This document shows, in pieces, positions 1 through 13,079 of a stretch of 64,000 nucleotides of DNA. Every line of letters starts with the position of its first letter. The first letter of the stretch is position 1. Source of the stretch: Octopus vulgaris (lineage: Eukaryota); contig OX597817.1 of NCBI GenBank assembly GCA_951406725.2, forward strand, positions 138,446,001-138,510,000. Direction: 5' to 3'. The notes beneath the pieces are model-generated. The model did no database searches. It had not been told where the DNA came from and saw nothing but the letters and a program-made list of their open reading frames with translations. The position numbers and the translations under genes are program-made.

Positions 1-18
1 CGCACACACACACACGCA

Positions 19-81
<63 letters not shown>

Positions 82-114
82 TATTTTATTGAAGCCGAAA
101 AAGAGCTTCAGAAG

Positions 115-155
115 CTGTTACTCAGAGTTTCACGTCACCGTTCATCATCAGAGAG
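115..155 (-). ncRNA. Degenerate minimal hammerhead ribozyme-like motif
   Basis: Minus strand reads ctct-CTGATGA-tgaacggtgacgt-GAAAC-tctga-GTA-acag. Core boxes are intact, stem III is very short, and stem I has a mismatch. Confidence 0.5.
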
Positions 156-220
156 TTGTGATCATGCAAACTAGTAAAATGTTAATTTTGAGTCTATAAA
201 AGCATTCATGGTTAGCAATA

Positions 221-385
221 GGCGCAGGAGTGGCTGTGTGGTAAGAAGCTTGCGTCCCAACCACATGGTTCTGGATTCAGTCCCAATGCGTGGAACTTTG
301 GACAAGAGTCTTCTACTGTAGCCTCAGGCTGATCAAAGCCTTGTGAGTGGATTTGGTAGATGGAAACTGAAAGAATCCTGTCGTA
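221..385 (+). mobile_element. tRNA-derived SINE, family A, 5' part
   Basis: Head ggcgcaggagtggctgtgtggtaag...ggattcagtccc has pol III A/B-box-like motifs. The same sequence recurs at about 1672, 17841, 19355, 39934 (+) and 10880, 53228, 58212, 62935 (-). Confidence 0.85.
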
Positions 386-393
386 TATATATA

Positions 394-630
394 TCTATAT
401 ATATAAAACTGAGAATGGGTCTGTCTGTCTGTCTGTGTGAATCCGTAAAACTTGAGAACTACACAACCAATTTCATTCAAATTTTACACATGCCTTACGT
501 AGAGTCCATGGAGTGTCATGGGCAAAAAATATTTAACTTCTTGCCTAGGGCGACCCCACAGCAATATCATATCTTCTCCACTATTTCACTATTACGTGTT
601 AAAAGTGAAACAAAAACATCTCTCTATTGT
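394..630 (+). mobile_element. Helitron-like 5' end
   Basis: Begins TCTATATATATAAAACT after an A, followed by a tgtc tract, like the 5' end of the 13080 element. It may pair with the 3' end at 3106. Confidence 0.45.
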
Positions 631-639
631 ATGTATATG

Positions 640-702
<63 letters not shown>

Positions 703-885
703 TTATATATAGCTGTATATGTATACATGTATATGGATAGCTGTATATGTATAGATGTATTTCTATAGATATACATGTATGTGTATACACGGTACAATAA
801 ATTCAGGGTGAATACTTGATAAATGTAAGCACCTGTATATGCCAGCTAGTGGTATAGGTGATAGGATATATGTATCAAAAGAAAA

Positions 886-1529
886 ACAGGATGCAAAGGA
901 TCTTGCAGTACATATGTTTCGGGCTTTATTGAACAACTTATATCAATGCATAATTGATATAACAGGTAGATCAAAAGCCTTCTTCAGCCGCGTACAATTA
1001 CCACACCAAAGACATGTATCACATAACAGGTTTGAGAAAAAGTTTGAGAAAAACCGAGTTTCATTGGGAAAGTAAATCCTCATAGGCGTACATGGTATTG
1101 CGAGGCTCCAAAACAAATCGTCCATACCGTTTTTTCACTCGATAAAGAATGAATACTGGGTAGATTACTTCATTAAAGTTTCACCCCCGTCCCCTCCTTT
1201 CCTCTTTCTCTCAGCATCCAATTCCTTCCCTTATATGAAGTAATCTACCCAGTATTCATTCTTTATCGAGTGAAAAAACGGTATGGACGATTTGTTTTTG
1301 AGTCTCGCAATACCATGTACGCCTATGAGGATTTACTTTCCCAAAGAAACTCGGTTTTTTTTCTTAAACTTTTTCTCAAACCTGCTATAATGTGATACAT
1401 GTCTTTGGTGTGGTAATTGTACGCGGCTGAAGAAGGCTTTTGATCTACCTGTTATATCAATTATGCATTGATATAAGTTGTTCAATAAAGCCCGAAACAT
1501 ATGTACTGCAAGATCCTTTGCGTCCTGTA
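886..1529. mobile_element. Inverted pair (~290-bp arms) of Penelope-type terminal repeats, each with an HHR
   Basis: About 886-1173 is the near-exact reverse complement of about 1235-1529, with a ~60-bp pyrimidine-rich spacer. Both arms contain the HHR core. Confidence 0.75.
1423..1509 (+). ncRNA. Type I hammerhead ribozyme with extended stem II (mirror copy at 905-991, minus)
   Basis: gcgg-CTGAAGA(1427-1433)-a-ggcttt...[ttatatcaat/attgatataa hairpin]...aaagcc-c-GAAAC(1494-1498)-ATAT-GTA-ctgc. Stem III is the palindrome CATATG. Confidence 0.75.
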
Positions 1530-1671
1530 TGTGTATACATGTATGTCTAGATGTATATATATAGATGTACATGTAATATGTACACATATATATACACATA
1601 TATACATGCATACATATATACACCCATACACACACACATACACACCCACCCACACATACACACACATACAT

Positions 1672-1985
1672 AGGTGCAGGTGTGGCTGTGTGGTAACAAA
1701 CTTGGTTCCAAAACACATGGTCCTCAGTTCAGTCCCACTGTGTGGTAACTTGGAATGTGTCTTCTGCTATAGCCTCAGACCAACCAAAGCCTTGTCAGTG
1801 GATTTTGTTGACAGAAACTGAAAGAAATCAATTGTATGTATATGTATGTATATATGTAAGTCTATGTGTGTGTCTTTGTGTTTCTCCCTCATCACTGCTT
1901 CACAACTGGTTTTCGTTTATTTACATCCCCAGAACTTACTGGTGTCACAAGAAAAAACTGATAGAATAAGTTCCAGGCTTATCAA
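1672..1985 (+). mobile_element. tRNA-derived SINE, family A (diverged)
   Basis: Similar to the 221 and 39934 copies, including the internal microsatellite. Confidence 0.8.
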
Positions 1986-2104
1986 AATATAAAAAAGCAC
2001 TACGCAGTGTCTCATATTTTTGTTTGCCCACTCAGTTGTATCTCAGTTGTAGACAGGAACTGAAACAAATCAATCGTATATATATGTATGTATATATGTA
2101 AGTG

Positions 2105-2970
2105 CATGTGTTTTGGTATTGGCAACATGAATGACAAAGGTCAGAGACTACTTGAATTTTGCACATATAACCTGTGCATCTGAATTCTGTTCAACTGACC
2201 CTTAGTTACCACAGCGCGGATTGTGACACAGATCATTCACAAATAAGAAGTAGGGTGAGGATTCTGCCTAACAAAGTCCATTACTCCAAGAAAATGGCCC
2301 GACCACGCATTAACACTGCCAGAACCTCGGACCCTACACTGCGAAAATGTTTTGCTGTTTCTATCAAGGTTGCCCTCAGTAGCTGCCCAACCTCCTCAGC
2401 TGAAAGTAGGTGGAATTATATCAAGGAAGCTTTGTATACCACATCAATAGATACTTTCGGCATGAGAGAAAGGCAAAAGCCAGATTGGTTCAGTGCTGGG
2501 CTCTCAGAGCTGGAAACAGTTATCGAAGCAAAGCGTGCAGCTCTGATGCAATACAAGAGTGATTCATCTACAAAGTCACTGGAAGAACTCAGAAAGGCAA
2601 GAAACAAAACCCAACTGACTGCCAGACGCTGTGCAAATAGGTATTGGCAAGAAATCTGTCAGAGTATCCAGTCAGCTGCTGACAGTGGCGATACCCGTGG
2701 AATGTATGCCGGTTTGAAGAAGGCCCTCGGTCCATCCGCAACCAAGTCAGCCCCTCTGAAATCAACTACTGGGGATCTCATCAAGGACCAAAGCGAGCAA
2801 ATAGATAGATGGGTGGAGTAATACCAGGATCTCTACTCACGGGAGACCACGGTAGCTGAGGCTGCAATCGAGGGCGTCAAGATCTTGCCAGTCATGTGTG
2901 AACTTGACAGTCTGCCATCTATAGCAGAGCTCACCAAGGCTATTGACTCCCTAGCAAGTAACAAGGTGTG
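2105..2970 (+). pseudogene. RTE-like LINE ORF2 fragment (end of endonuclease plus linker)
   Basis: ORF 2174-2821 has SADCDTDH (endonuclease SDH-like motif), QKPDWF, ARRCANRYW and APLKSTTG..RWVE, typical of RTE ORF2. It is interrupted by stops. Confidence 0.8.
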
Positions 2971-2984
2971 TAAAGAGGGAAATA

Positions 2985-3106
2985 ACCCTCATCTGCAATT
3001 TTGATGAAATTCGAAACAGATATTCCAGTTCATTAGAGAAAATATAACAGAAAAGTCTAATTCTTCAATTGTATGTAACATGGGCTTCGCCGGGTATCTC
3101 TGCTAG
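2985..3106 (+). mobile_element. Helitron-like 3' end
   Basis: GC-rich degenerate hairpin (gggcttcgccggg), then ...ctgCTAG (3103-3106) followed by T, resembling the 13592 terminus. Confidence 0.5.
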
Positions 3107-3249
3107 TAAAACAATAAAGGTGGTCGGAAGCAGTAAAAAGCGACAGAAGTATTAATCCTCCCACTTAAAGTGGATGTCGTGTTAGAACACGTAATACTGC
3201 ATCAGTTATCATGAGAGGACCTCTCATATATATATATATATATCTTCAG

Positions 3250-3470
3250 CCATGTATGCACACACGTGTGTTTCCTGGACTTTTCCTTTCTTCTCCTTCT
3301 GACGAAGAGCTATGCACGAAACGTAAAAAACAACTAGAACTCCACTGTTTTTTCCATCTTTCCTGAGCATCAAGTTAATACATTTCATGTGCACGTCCTT
3401 TTGTTGTTTTGTTATCTGTGGTTTTTGATGTGGATCCACAGTTGCGGCCAAGTAAGAAACCGTGGACTGA
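3250..3470 (+). mobile_element. Penelope-type terminal repeat fragment with minimal HHR (3296-3328)
   Basis: CTGACGA-a-gagc-tat-gcac-GAAACGTA. Flanks resemble 59200-59440 (tttcctgagc..., ttgttg...). Confidence 0.6.
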
Positions 3471-3557
3471 ATGGAAAAAGAAAATACTTGTTTTGGTTTT
3501 ACTTCTTTCCTTCGTTTGTTCCTTGCATTCTAATCTCTTCTCTGTTTTCTTTTACAG

Positions 3558-5821
3558 ATTCCAATTCCACGGACCTGAAATACCAAGGCAACCAGACCGA
3601 GGTCAATGGGGACTCACAGAAGCAGAATCAACAGGAATTTGTTAAGGAAATGGCGATTGATCAAAATGCCTCGGATGTGAAAACTGATGTTCCACCAGAT
3701 GGCGCTAGCAGTGGTGGCGGTGATGGTGGTGGTGGTGATGACGTGGCTGGACCAAAAACTGTTGCCGACAGCATGCACGGTGTGATGATGCATGGGGATA
3801 AGACACCAGGGAAGGACCACAGCCATGAACATAGCGGATCAGAGAATGTTGTGGCCACAAACACAAAAGCTGGGCCTCAAGACATAGAGCAACAAATGCA
3901 TGGAGTTATGATGCACGGTGACAGTGCCCCTGGTAAGGATCACAGCCATGAACATGGTGACCCACAGAATGTTGCGCACACAAACACAAAAGCAGGACCT
4001 CAAGACATAGAACAACAAATGCATGGAATTATGATGCATGGTGACAGTGCCCCTGGTAAGGATCACAGCCATGAACATGGTGACCCACAGACTGCTGCTC
4101 ACACAAATACAAAAGCTGGGCCTCAAGACATAGAACAACAAATGCATGGAGTTATGATGCACGGTGACAGTGCCCCTGGTAAGGATCACAGCCATGAACA
4201 TGGTGACCCACAGAATGTTGCACACACAAATACAAAAGCTGGGCCTCAAGACATAGAACAACAAATGCATGGAGTTATGATGCACGGTGACAGTGCCCCT
4301 GGTAAGGATCACAGCCATGAACATGGTGACCCACAGAATGTTGCACACACAAATACAAAAGCTGGGCCTCAAGACATAGAACAACAAATGCATGGAGTTA
4401 TGATGCACGGTGACAGTGCCCCTGGTAAGGATCACAGCCATGAACATGGTGACCCACATAATGTTGCACACACAAATACAAAAGCTGGGCCTCAAGACAT
4501 AGAACAACAAATGCATGGAGTTATGATGCATGGTGACAATGCCCCTGGTAAGGATCACAGCCACGAACATGGTGACCCACAGAATGTTGTGGCCACAAAC
4601 ACAAAAGCAGGACCTCAAGACATAGAACAACAAATGCATGGAGTTATGATGCATGGGGACAATGTCCCTGGTAAGGATCACAGCCATGAACATGGTGACC
4701 CACAGAATGTTGCACACACAAACACAAAAGCTGGGCCTCAAGACATAGAGCAACAAATGCATGGAGTTTTGATGCATGGTGACAGTGCCCCTGGTAAGGA
4801 TCACAGCCATGAACATAGCGGATCAGAGAATGTTGTGGCCACAAACACAAAAGCTGGGCCTCAAGATATAGCAGAACAAATGCATGGGGTTATGATGCAT
4901 GGTGACTCACAGGCTGGCCTTCTTCATCACATCAAGGACAATGCCAAAAAATCTATAAACCCTAAATTTAGGGGTCAATTTAATGTTCAGAATTATGAAG
5001 AGTATTTACATGGTGTAATGATGCATGGCGACTCGAAACCTGGAAACGACCACCATGGCCATTCAGGAGAAGATGAAAATACTGCTGACAAGAAGAAAAA
5101 AGAAGGAACGGTAAATAGTCCAATGGACTATGAGGAATATCTTCATGGAGTTCTTATGCATAATGACGCCAAACCAGGAGAAAGTCATGTCCATGAAGAT
5201 GAGAAAAAGTTCCAGAAAGTTCGTAAAACAGATAAACCAGCGAGTCCTTCAGATGCCGAAGAATTAATACATGGTCTTTTAATGCATAATGATGCGAGAT
5301 CTGGTTATAAACATCATGAACACGAGAAAAAGGAAAAGGCTGACCCTCTTTCACAACCTGGGAGTGTTTTGGCTCCTGATATCGATGCTCTAGATAAGAG
5401 TTTAAGCAACGACAAGGTACCTGATGGAGCATCATTTGCAAAGAGAAAAATTGTAGTGAAAGGTGGTAAAGACAAAGACCTGGAAGAAAATGTGAAACCG
5501 GTGGAAGAAAGCCGAATTAGCGGTTATTTATATTCTATTTACAAAACAATTCATGATATGAAGGAGAAATATTTTAATCTAGATAAGAATAATAATAACA
5601 ATGATAGAAAGGAAAGAAGTCATAAAACGGAAAAAGCTTCTGAAGAAGGGGTGGGTGTAATTACGGCCGAAGAAGCCCGCAAACATCTTTCGCCTACCCA
5701 TGAACACAAGTCTGGTGACATGCGCAGTGATCTCGATTTAATTGGAAATACTGCGCCTCTTCATATGAACCATAGAGCTCATAGAGATAATGGAAAGAAA
5801 CATAAACACGATGAAGGCTAA
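3558..5821 (+). CDS. Terminal coding exon of a His/Met-rich tandem-repeat protein (function unknown; putative metal-binding)
   Basis: A polypyrimidine tract and ttttacAG acceptor end at 3557 (phase 1). About 750 codons are open to TAA 5819-5821. The repeats keep frame with many synonymous differences. ATTAAA/AATAAA signals follow at about 6012-6430. The ORF-track N-terminus (3389-3557) is probably intronic. Confidence 0.85.
3773..4879 (+). repeat. Coding minisatellite, 9 x 123 bp (41 aa: MHGVMMHGDSAPGKDHSHEHGDPQNVAHTNTKAGPQDIEQQ)
   Basis: ATGs at 3773, 3896 ... 4757 at 123-bp spacing. Four further degenerate HG-x-x-MH-(G/N)D motifs lie downstream. Confidence 0.95.
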
Positions 5822-5822
5822 C

Positions 5823-5951
<129 letters not shown>

Positions 5952-6787
5952 CTCTCCGTTTCTTGTAAATGCAAAAAATACTGTTTGGCGTCATTTATTT
6001 CAATTACATTCATTAAAGAACTGTGATAGCTTGGCATTTTTAATCCAATGAACAAAATTGTCCCAGTTGGGTTTTTCCTTTCTTTTTTCTTCTCTTTTTT
6101 TAAAAAAAAGAAATTGTTATTCTATTAAAGCCGAATTTCAGTAAATAAATATTAGTATGAAGTGAATGGTATATTGTTTAGCCTGTTTGGTTATTTGGGA
6201 GGATTTGCAACGAAGAAGGCAACGATACTCAATTCTGTTCATTAAACCCACACAACTTCTTACATAACTTCCTCTGAGTATCTGTTTGTTTAAGAAAATC
6301 ATTAGATGAAGCAACAACCATTTGCAGACGACCAAAATATATAGCAGACGACACAGACGCTGAATATAGGCTGTGTATTGCACAGTGACTTTATTCAGTT
6401 AGTGAGTTTTGCAGGCAATATAAATAAATAAATAGTCTAATTAACAGTCGTTATGGCTAATGAGTTTAATTAATGATGGGCCAGTCCACATAATTGTACG
6501 CAGAGACCAGGGTAAGTTGTTGTTTGGATTTGGGTTGGACCTGAATGAACAAACTAACACTGATCAGAGAGGGTCCATCCTATCTTGTTTTCAGGCATAG
6601 TGTATCCAGGACTCCATTACTAACAGGTTCATCACTGTTTAAGGCAGTTAGGTACAGTTTGAGGGGGATGTGGCTGCTATTTCAGGAAGGTCGAGCAACA
6701 ACAGTGACACAACTGTTCGCTCCTATCAGAATATGTAAAACACACAAAATAAAAATGCCGAGTACTCATCCATCCATCCATACTTAC

Positions 6788-6882
<95 letters not shown>

Positions 6883-6887
6883 GCATA

Positions 6888-6942
<55 letters not shown>

Positions 6943-6959
6943 ATATATATATATATATA

Positions 6960-7570
<611 letters not shown>

Positions 7571-7763
7571 AAAGAAACAAAAAAACACATAGTAAATGAT
7601 CCACAAACACTCTAGAAGAATGAGTCCTCAACCTGTTCTATTTGCCAAAAGGTTTGCAAGGCACCAGCAGACCTCAAGACACATATTCGTGTCTATAGAA
7701 CATGATTATCGCTTTCTTTCACTGAACTCTCATTTGTCGTTCACGACGAAAAAACCCATCATA

Positions 7764-7825
7764 TATGGCGGTGCCCCAGCATGGCCACAGCTCATGAGCT
7801 GAAACTAGAATCAATCAATCAATCA
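7764..7825 (+). mobile_element. Short SINE 3'-end retrocopy with (AATC)n tail; second copy at 8518-8583
   Basis: atggcggtgccccagcatggccacagctcat(g/a)agctgaaactagaatcaatcaatc occurs twice and resembles the family A 3' end. Confidence 0.7.
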
Positions 7826-7879
7826 TATATATATGTATATATATATATATGTATATATATCTATATATATATATGTATA

Positions 7880-7948
<69 letters not shown>

Positions 7949-8001
7949 ATGTATATATATATACATATATACATATATATACATGTATATTTATACATAC
8001 G

Positions 8002-8149
<148 letters not shown>

Positions 8150-8159
8150 GAGATGTATG

Positions 8160-10860
8160 TAGGTATGTTCTCTTCTAGTATTAATTATCAAAACTCTTCT
8201 TCTGAAGAAAGATCTGGTTTTTAACAAATGTACAAATCTCCATAGTTGAAATATAAATAACAAAAACATTTAAAACTTGAGAAATGTCTTGCACATTTTT
8301 ACTGTTCCGCTTGTATTTGTAATGTTCGAATTCGGTGGTTGATTTCTACTTCTAAAAATCCTAGCTTATCCACATTGTCACTTAACCAAGTACACCAACT
8401 ATTATTGTTACAAATATGAATTTATAATCTGTATAATCTGGAAACTGAAGGTTTCGAAACAGGTGTTATTCTCTTTTTCTTTGATTTTCGAAGAAATATT
8501 CACATCAGCTGGACAAAATGGCGGTGCCCCAGCATGGCCACAGCTCATAAGCTGAAACTAGAATCAATCAATCAATCAATCAACTGACCTCTATGACGGT
8601 ACAAGTTTTTTTTCCTCCCCTTTCCCAAACAACAATATCCAATCGGTTATATTTACACTCGACCAATGTTTTGATGGGAATCTTCCAACAGTATTCCCTC
8701 TGCTGATAGTTATGTACGCATTCAACGACAGGGGGATTCTCTGTATTTATTCCACGACAGTCTTGTTTCCTAATGGCATTGTATAATGTTTTTGCAACAG
8801 CGTCATGTCACAGCACTTTGATGACATTTCCGGACAGCTGCTAATCCCAAGTGTGATGTCTTCCACAGAAATATGACATAATCTACATTTTCGGTTGCAT
8901 CTTAGAACTCTAAAGGCTTCATCATCTCTTTTAATTGTTAGATAATTAGCAACAATTCCTTCTTCTTGGATTGAAAATACATAGCCTTCGAAATACGATG
9001 TAATGTAGCGCTCACGAGTTCACGGGCGGCTGCACTTGTGTTGTTATTACTGTCTTCAAGTCTTCGGAAAACATAACCATGCTTAGTCTTTTTTTGGTAT
9101 GCTGAATTGTACGGGAGGTTATCAGGAAGAGAGATCTTCCCGAGGAGCTCGCTACCGACACGTAGAATGTTGTTGTCACCCCTTTTTGTTGTAAGTGAGT
9201 GTATTTCTTTTTTGCTGCTGTCTGAGAGATCTATACGACATCGGAAAGCTGTCTACGCTAATCTCAAGCCTCTACCTCCTTTTTATCTCTTCTTTAGTAG
9301 AGTCTGTCGATGTTATTATTTCTGTGGAAGTTTCCAACTGATGTTAGTATCTTGCAGGTTTTAATGTCTATGGAGTGGATTTCGTCGACAGGCATGTTAT
9401 GTATGCCAAATATTGGAATCACCACTGGTACTGCAAATGGTGCCACCTCCTTGGAATATTCCCTTTGGAATATTTATAACATCGGAGGCGATCGTTCCGC
9501 TCTCAGTTGTGTCAGAATTATTGTCCAGGTCTTTGTTAAACTCTCAATTACAGCAAGTAAGGCAGCAGGGACTTTTGCCACATGTAGACACTTCAACAGC
9601 CACGAGGAAGGAATAGAGTCGAGGCTACTACGGTGTTTGCTTACTTACAAGTTTATCAATCAAATGTTATTCGTCACGACTCCACACTCCCTTCTTTCCC
9701 CCTACTTGCCTCTCGTCGTTGGCCTCGCAATGATCCGGGAAGAATTGGTTGAGGCGGTTTGTTTGCTGTTGGTTACATAAAGTCTAGGCAAGCGATGGGG
9801 CTATAGCTTTCCACCAACTCGATGGTTTCATTCTTGGCCACAAGATTCGTCCGTGCCATTTTGCAAGCCAATTTGATACGCCAGTATGACTTTCCATAGT
9901 CCTTTTCAATATACATATTAAGGATTTTCTTCTGTAAACTGTCATCTTCTTGTACCAATATTCAACTATTAGTTCTCTTCCTGTTGCCTTCCCATTATGC
10001 AGTTTGATTACAGCTCTGACGAAAGTTTCTCCGTCTGTTGTTTATGTTTTACAGTATTCTCTCCTAGCTGAATTGAGCCAGGATGCCAGAAGGGTGAAAT
10101 TCCTCTTTTCATTCCAGATTTTAGACTAGAATAATTCAAGATCTTGAGAAAGGGTGTTTCTTAACAGCAATGGTTTCCTCCCTCACCTCTCTGTATAATG
10201 TATTTGGCTTCGAAGCAAGTTTGTTCTTTATATTGGTTCGTTTGAGAATTTCCTTTCGGTAGCCGAGTTTTCTACTCAGCGTCCCGAGTTCGTCCCATTT
10301 AGAGTATTTCGAGTTCGTGCCAAGAGCCTAGTGTGAAGAGTCACTGTAGAGTTTTGTTAATTTACTCCTAAGATGTAATTGATGAGGTGTTAACTCATTA
10401 CTTCCCATCTGTTTTATTACCGTGATTAACCATCCAATATGGCGGTGCATATTGTTGGTGTTTTCTTCAGATCTTGTCTTCCATCCGGCTTGCTTCCGCT
10501 CAGTAAATTCATTACCATGTATACTGCAGACTTCTCGCAGGTGTTCTTTAAGAATGATAGTAATTACGTAATTGAAGGTAATTAACATCAAATGATTCCA
10601 CGTACTCTCCAGTGATATCGTCGATAACTTTCAACATTAGAACAGTTGAATTTTTCCGAAATCTTGTTGAAAATTTGCTCAACGAGAGTTTCAAAAAAGT
10701 AGAAAAGATGGATATATTCCACAGTTGTCTCTCAACTCAGCTATATTTGGAGAAACACGAGAATTTAGTGATGGCGGCAGCTGCTTGTTTTCATTATTTT
10801 CCCCTCTCTTCTCTGGCAGATTTTGGCCAGTTCTCAGTGTTTTCAGAAAATCGATAAGCA
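8160..10860 (-). mobile_element. Degenerate R4/Dong-like (restriction-like endonuclease) non-LTR retrotransposon
   Basis: Minus-strand remnants include KGGRGLR (~9200), FEGYVFSIQEE (~8970), a CRLC..ED...ISSC knuckle (~8830-8890) and CPADVNIS..K (~8500). The 3' part resembles 37455-38545. I could not see an RT core. Confidence 0.7.
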
Positions 10861-10879
10861 TCACAAAAACAAGCTCTTT

Positions 10880-11301
10880 ACTCTCTTTTACTCTTTTACT
10901 CTTTTACTTATTTCAGTCATTTTGACTGTGGCCATGCTGGAGCACCGCCTTTAGTCGAGCAAATCGACCCCGGGACTTATTCTTTGTAAGCCCAGTACTT
11001 ATTCTATCGGTCTCTTTTGCCGAACCGCTAAGTGACGGGGACGTAAACACACCAGCATCGGTTGTCAAGCAAAGCTAGGGGGACAAACACAGACACACAA
11101 ACACATACACACACATATATATATATATACATATATACGACAGACTTCTTTCAGTTTCCGTCTACCAAATCCACTCACAAGGCATTGGTCGGCCCGGGGC
11201 TATAGCAGAAGACACTTGCCCAAGATGCCACGCAGTGGGACTGAACTCGGGACCATGTGGTTGGTTAGCAAGCTACTTACCACACAGCCACTCCTACGCC
11301 T
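10880..11301 (-). mobile_element. tRNA-derived SINE, family A, near full length
   Basis: Reverse complement of the family A head, internal microsatellite and (taaaagag)n tail. Confidence 0.9.
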
Positions 11302-11649
11302 TTTATTTTTAAAGCCATTTATTTTTAAAGAAAAATGTTTGCTGGTGAAAGTGTTTCGCTGTCAAGGGTGTTTAACTTGAGCTGAGCTTCGCCCCAGTAT
11401 TTTCAGTCAGTTCCTACTTCCAATAGAAAGACTATCACAGAATTTTTTTCTGACCACCGAAGTAGATCTTACTTTAGATGTTGAGTCTGAGTAAAATGAG
11501 AAGTGTACTTATGTCTTCAGAGGTAGCTTACTGGCTACTGTCCAGCTGTTTTCATCGGTAGTGTTGTTGTTAGTTTCAGTCATGATTGTACTGACGGAAT
11601 TCCTCGTAGTACAAGACATATTTAAAAAAACAAAAAAACAAACTCTCAT

Positions 11650-11816
11650 ACAGTTTACATCAACAGAATTTTAAAAACTTCGAGGAACGTGAAATAAATC
11701 GTATTTCAAAGGTAGAACTCGAAGTAGATAAAGCTATCCATAAAGGGTTTTAAATATTAGCTTGAAAGAACCCAAATATTTAAACGCTATTACACACACA
11801 CACACACACACACACG

Positions 11817-11867
<51 letters not shown>

Positions 11868-11990
11868 ACACACATATTATTTTAGCTATATTATATTACA
11901 GACAGACAGACAGACAGACACACACACGTGTCACAGTTAGACGCTCGTGAAGAATGTAAAGTCTTTGCTTTTTCGAGCCATTGCTATTCG
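11650..11990. repeat. Local duplication, paralogous to 18612-19170
   Basis: A ~140-bp block (atacagtttacatcaacagaatt...aaacgctat) and the following block (attattttag...gacgctcgtgaagaat...tttcgagccattg) occur in the same order at both loci. Confidence 0.8.
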
Positions 11991-12144
11991 TTGGTAAGTA
12001 AAAAGTATTTCTATTACTATAATTGGAGAAATAAACCAGTTACTGATGTAAACTGGCGGAGTCGGCATAACTGTACAAGAAAGTATTAAAAACAATTTTA
12101 AAAGGACCTCTACTCCTGCACATCTGATTCTAACGGTGTCATAG

Positions 12145-12400
12145 TGTATGTATGTATGTATGTATGTATGTATGTATGTATGTATGTATGTATGTATGTA
12201 TGTATGTATGTATGCCTGTGTATATGTATGTATGTATGTATGTATGTAAGTATGTATGTATGTATGTATGTATGTATGTATGTATGTATGTATGTATGTA
12301 TGTATGTATGTATGTATGTATGTATGTATGTATGTATGTATGCCTGTGTATATGTATGTATGTATGTATGTATGTACGTATGTATGTATGTATGCCTGTG

Positions 12401-12432
<32 letters not shown>

Positions 12433-12642
12433 TGTATGTATGTATGTATGTATGTATGCATGTAAGTATGTATGCATGCATGTATGTATGTATGTATGTA
12501 TGTATGTATGTATGTATGTATGTATGTATGTATGTACGTATGTATGTATGTATGCCTGTGTATATGTATGTATGTATGTATGCCTGTGTATATGTATGTA
12601 TGTATGTATGCCTGTGTATATGTATGTATGTATGTATGTATG

Positions 12643-12676
<34 letters not shown>

Positions 12677-12830
12677 TGTATGTATGTATGTATGTATGTA
12701 TGTATGTATGTATGTATGTATGTATATATGTATGTATGCATGTATGTATGTATGTATGTATGTATGTATGTATGTATGTATGTATGCATGTATGCATGTA
12801 TGTATGTATGTATGTATGTATGTATGTATG
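12145..12830. repeat. (TATG)n array with recurrent gcctgtgtata variant
   Basis: About 690 bp of TATG with the same interruption six times. Confidence 0.95.
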
Positions 12831-13079
12831 TTTGAGCATAAATCCCAATTTCAGAAGTATAGAAGAAATTGCTAATAAAACTAGTTTACTGTTCCAAGGG
12901 AAATAACTCAAAATATATCTTGTAGAGTTATTGTCCTTACATTAACTGCCGTGCAGTTTGAAATTTTTTTTCAAAGAATAATTATTTATTTGATTACAAT
13001 GGAATAACTCGAAAGAGTATTTTACGGATATTATTTTATATAGAATGTTGTACGCAGTAATATGGCGATTCAAACTAAA

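Noticed and set aside
839-1716. Duplicated peptide QDAKDLAVHMFRALL... on both strands
   Set aside because: A by-product of the inverted repeat; the conserved feature is RNA structure.
3389-3557. Hydrophobic N-terminus of the 810-aa ORF as a signal peptide
   Set aside because: It starts at GTG inside a repeat fragment and runs through a polypyrimidine tract ending in AG, so it is better explained as intron.
3839-4816. 325-aa minus-strand repeat ORF
   Set aside because: It is the antisense shadow of the 123-bp coding repeat. The + frame extends beyond the repeat and has splice and polyA signals.
3773-4879. CRISPR-like array (also 60915-61093)
   Set aside because: These are contiguous tandem units without unique spacers, in eukaryotic context with no cas genes.
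11937-12911. 324-aa HTYI-repeat ORF and the many YI/CV/HT/YLSI ORFs across the window
   Set aside because: These are translations of stop-free microsatellites, with no coding signal.
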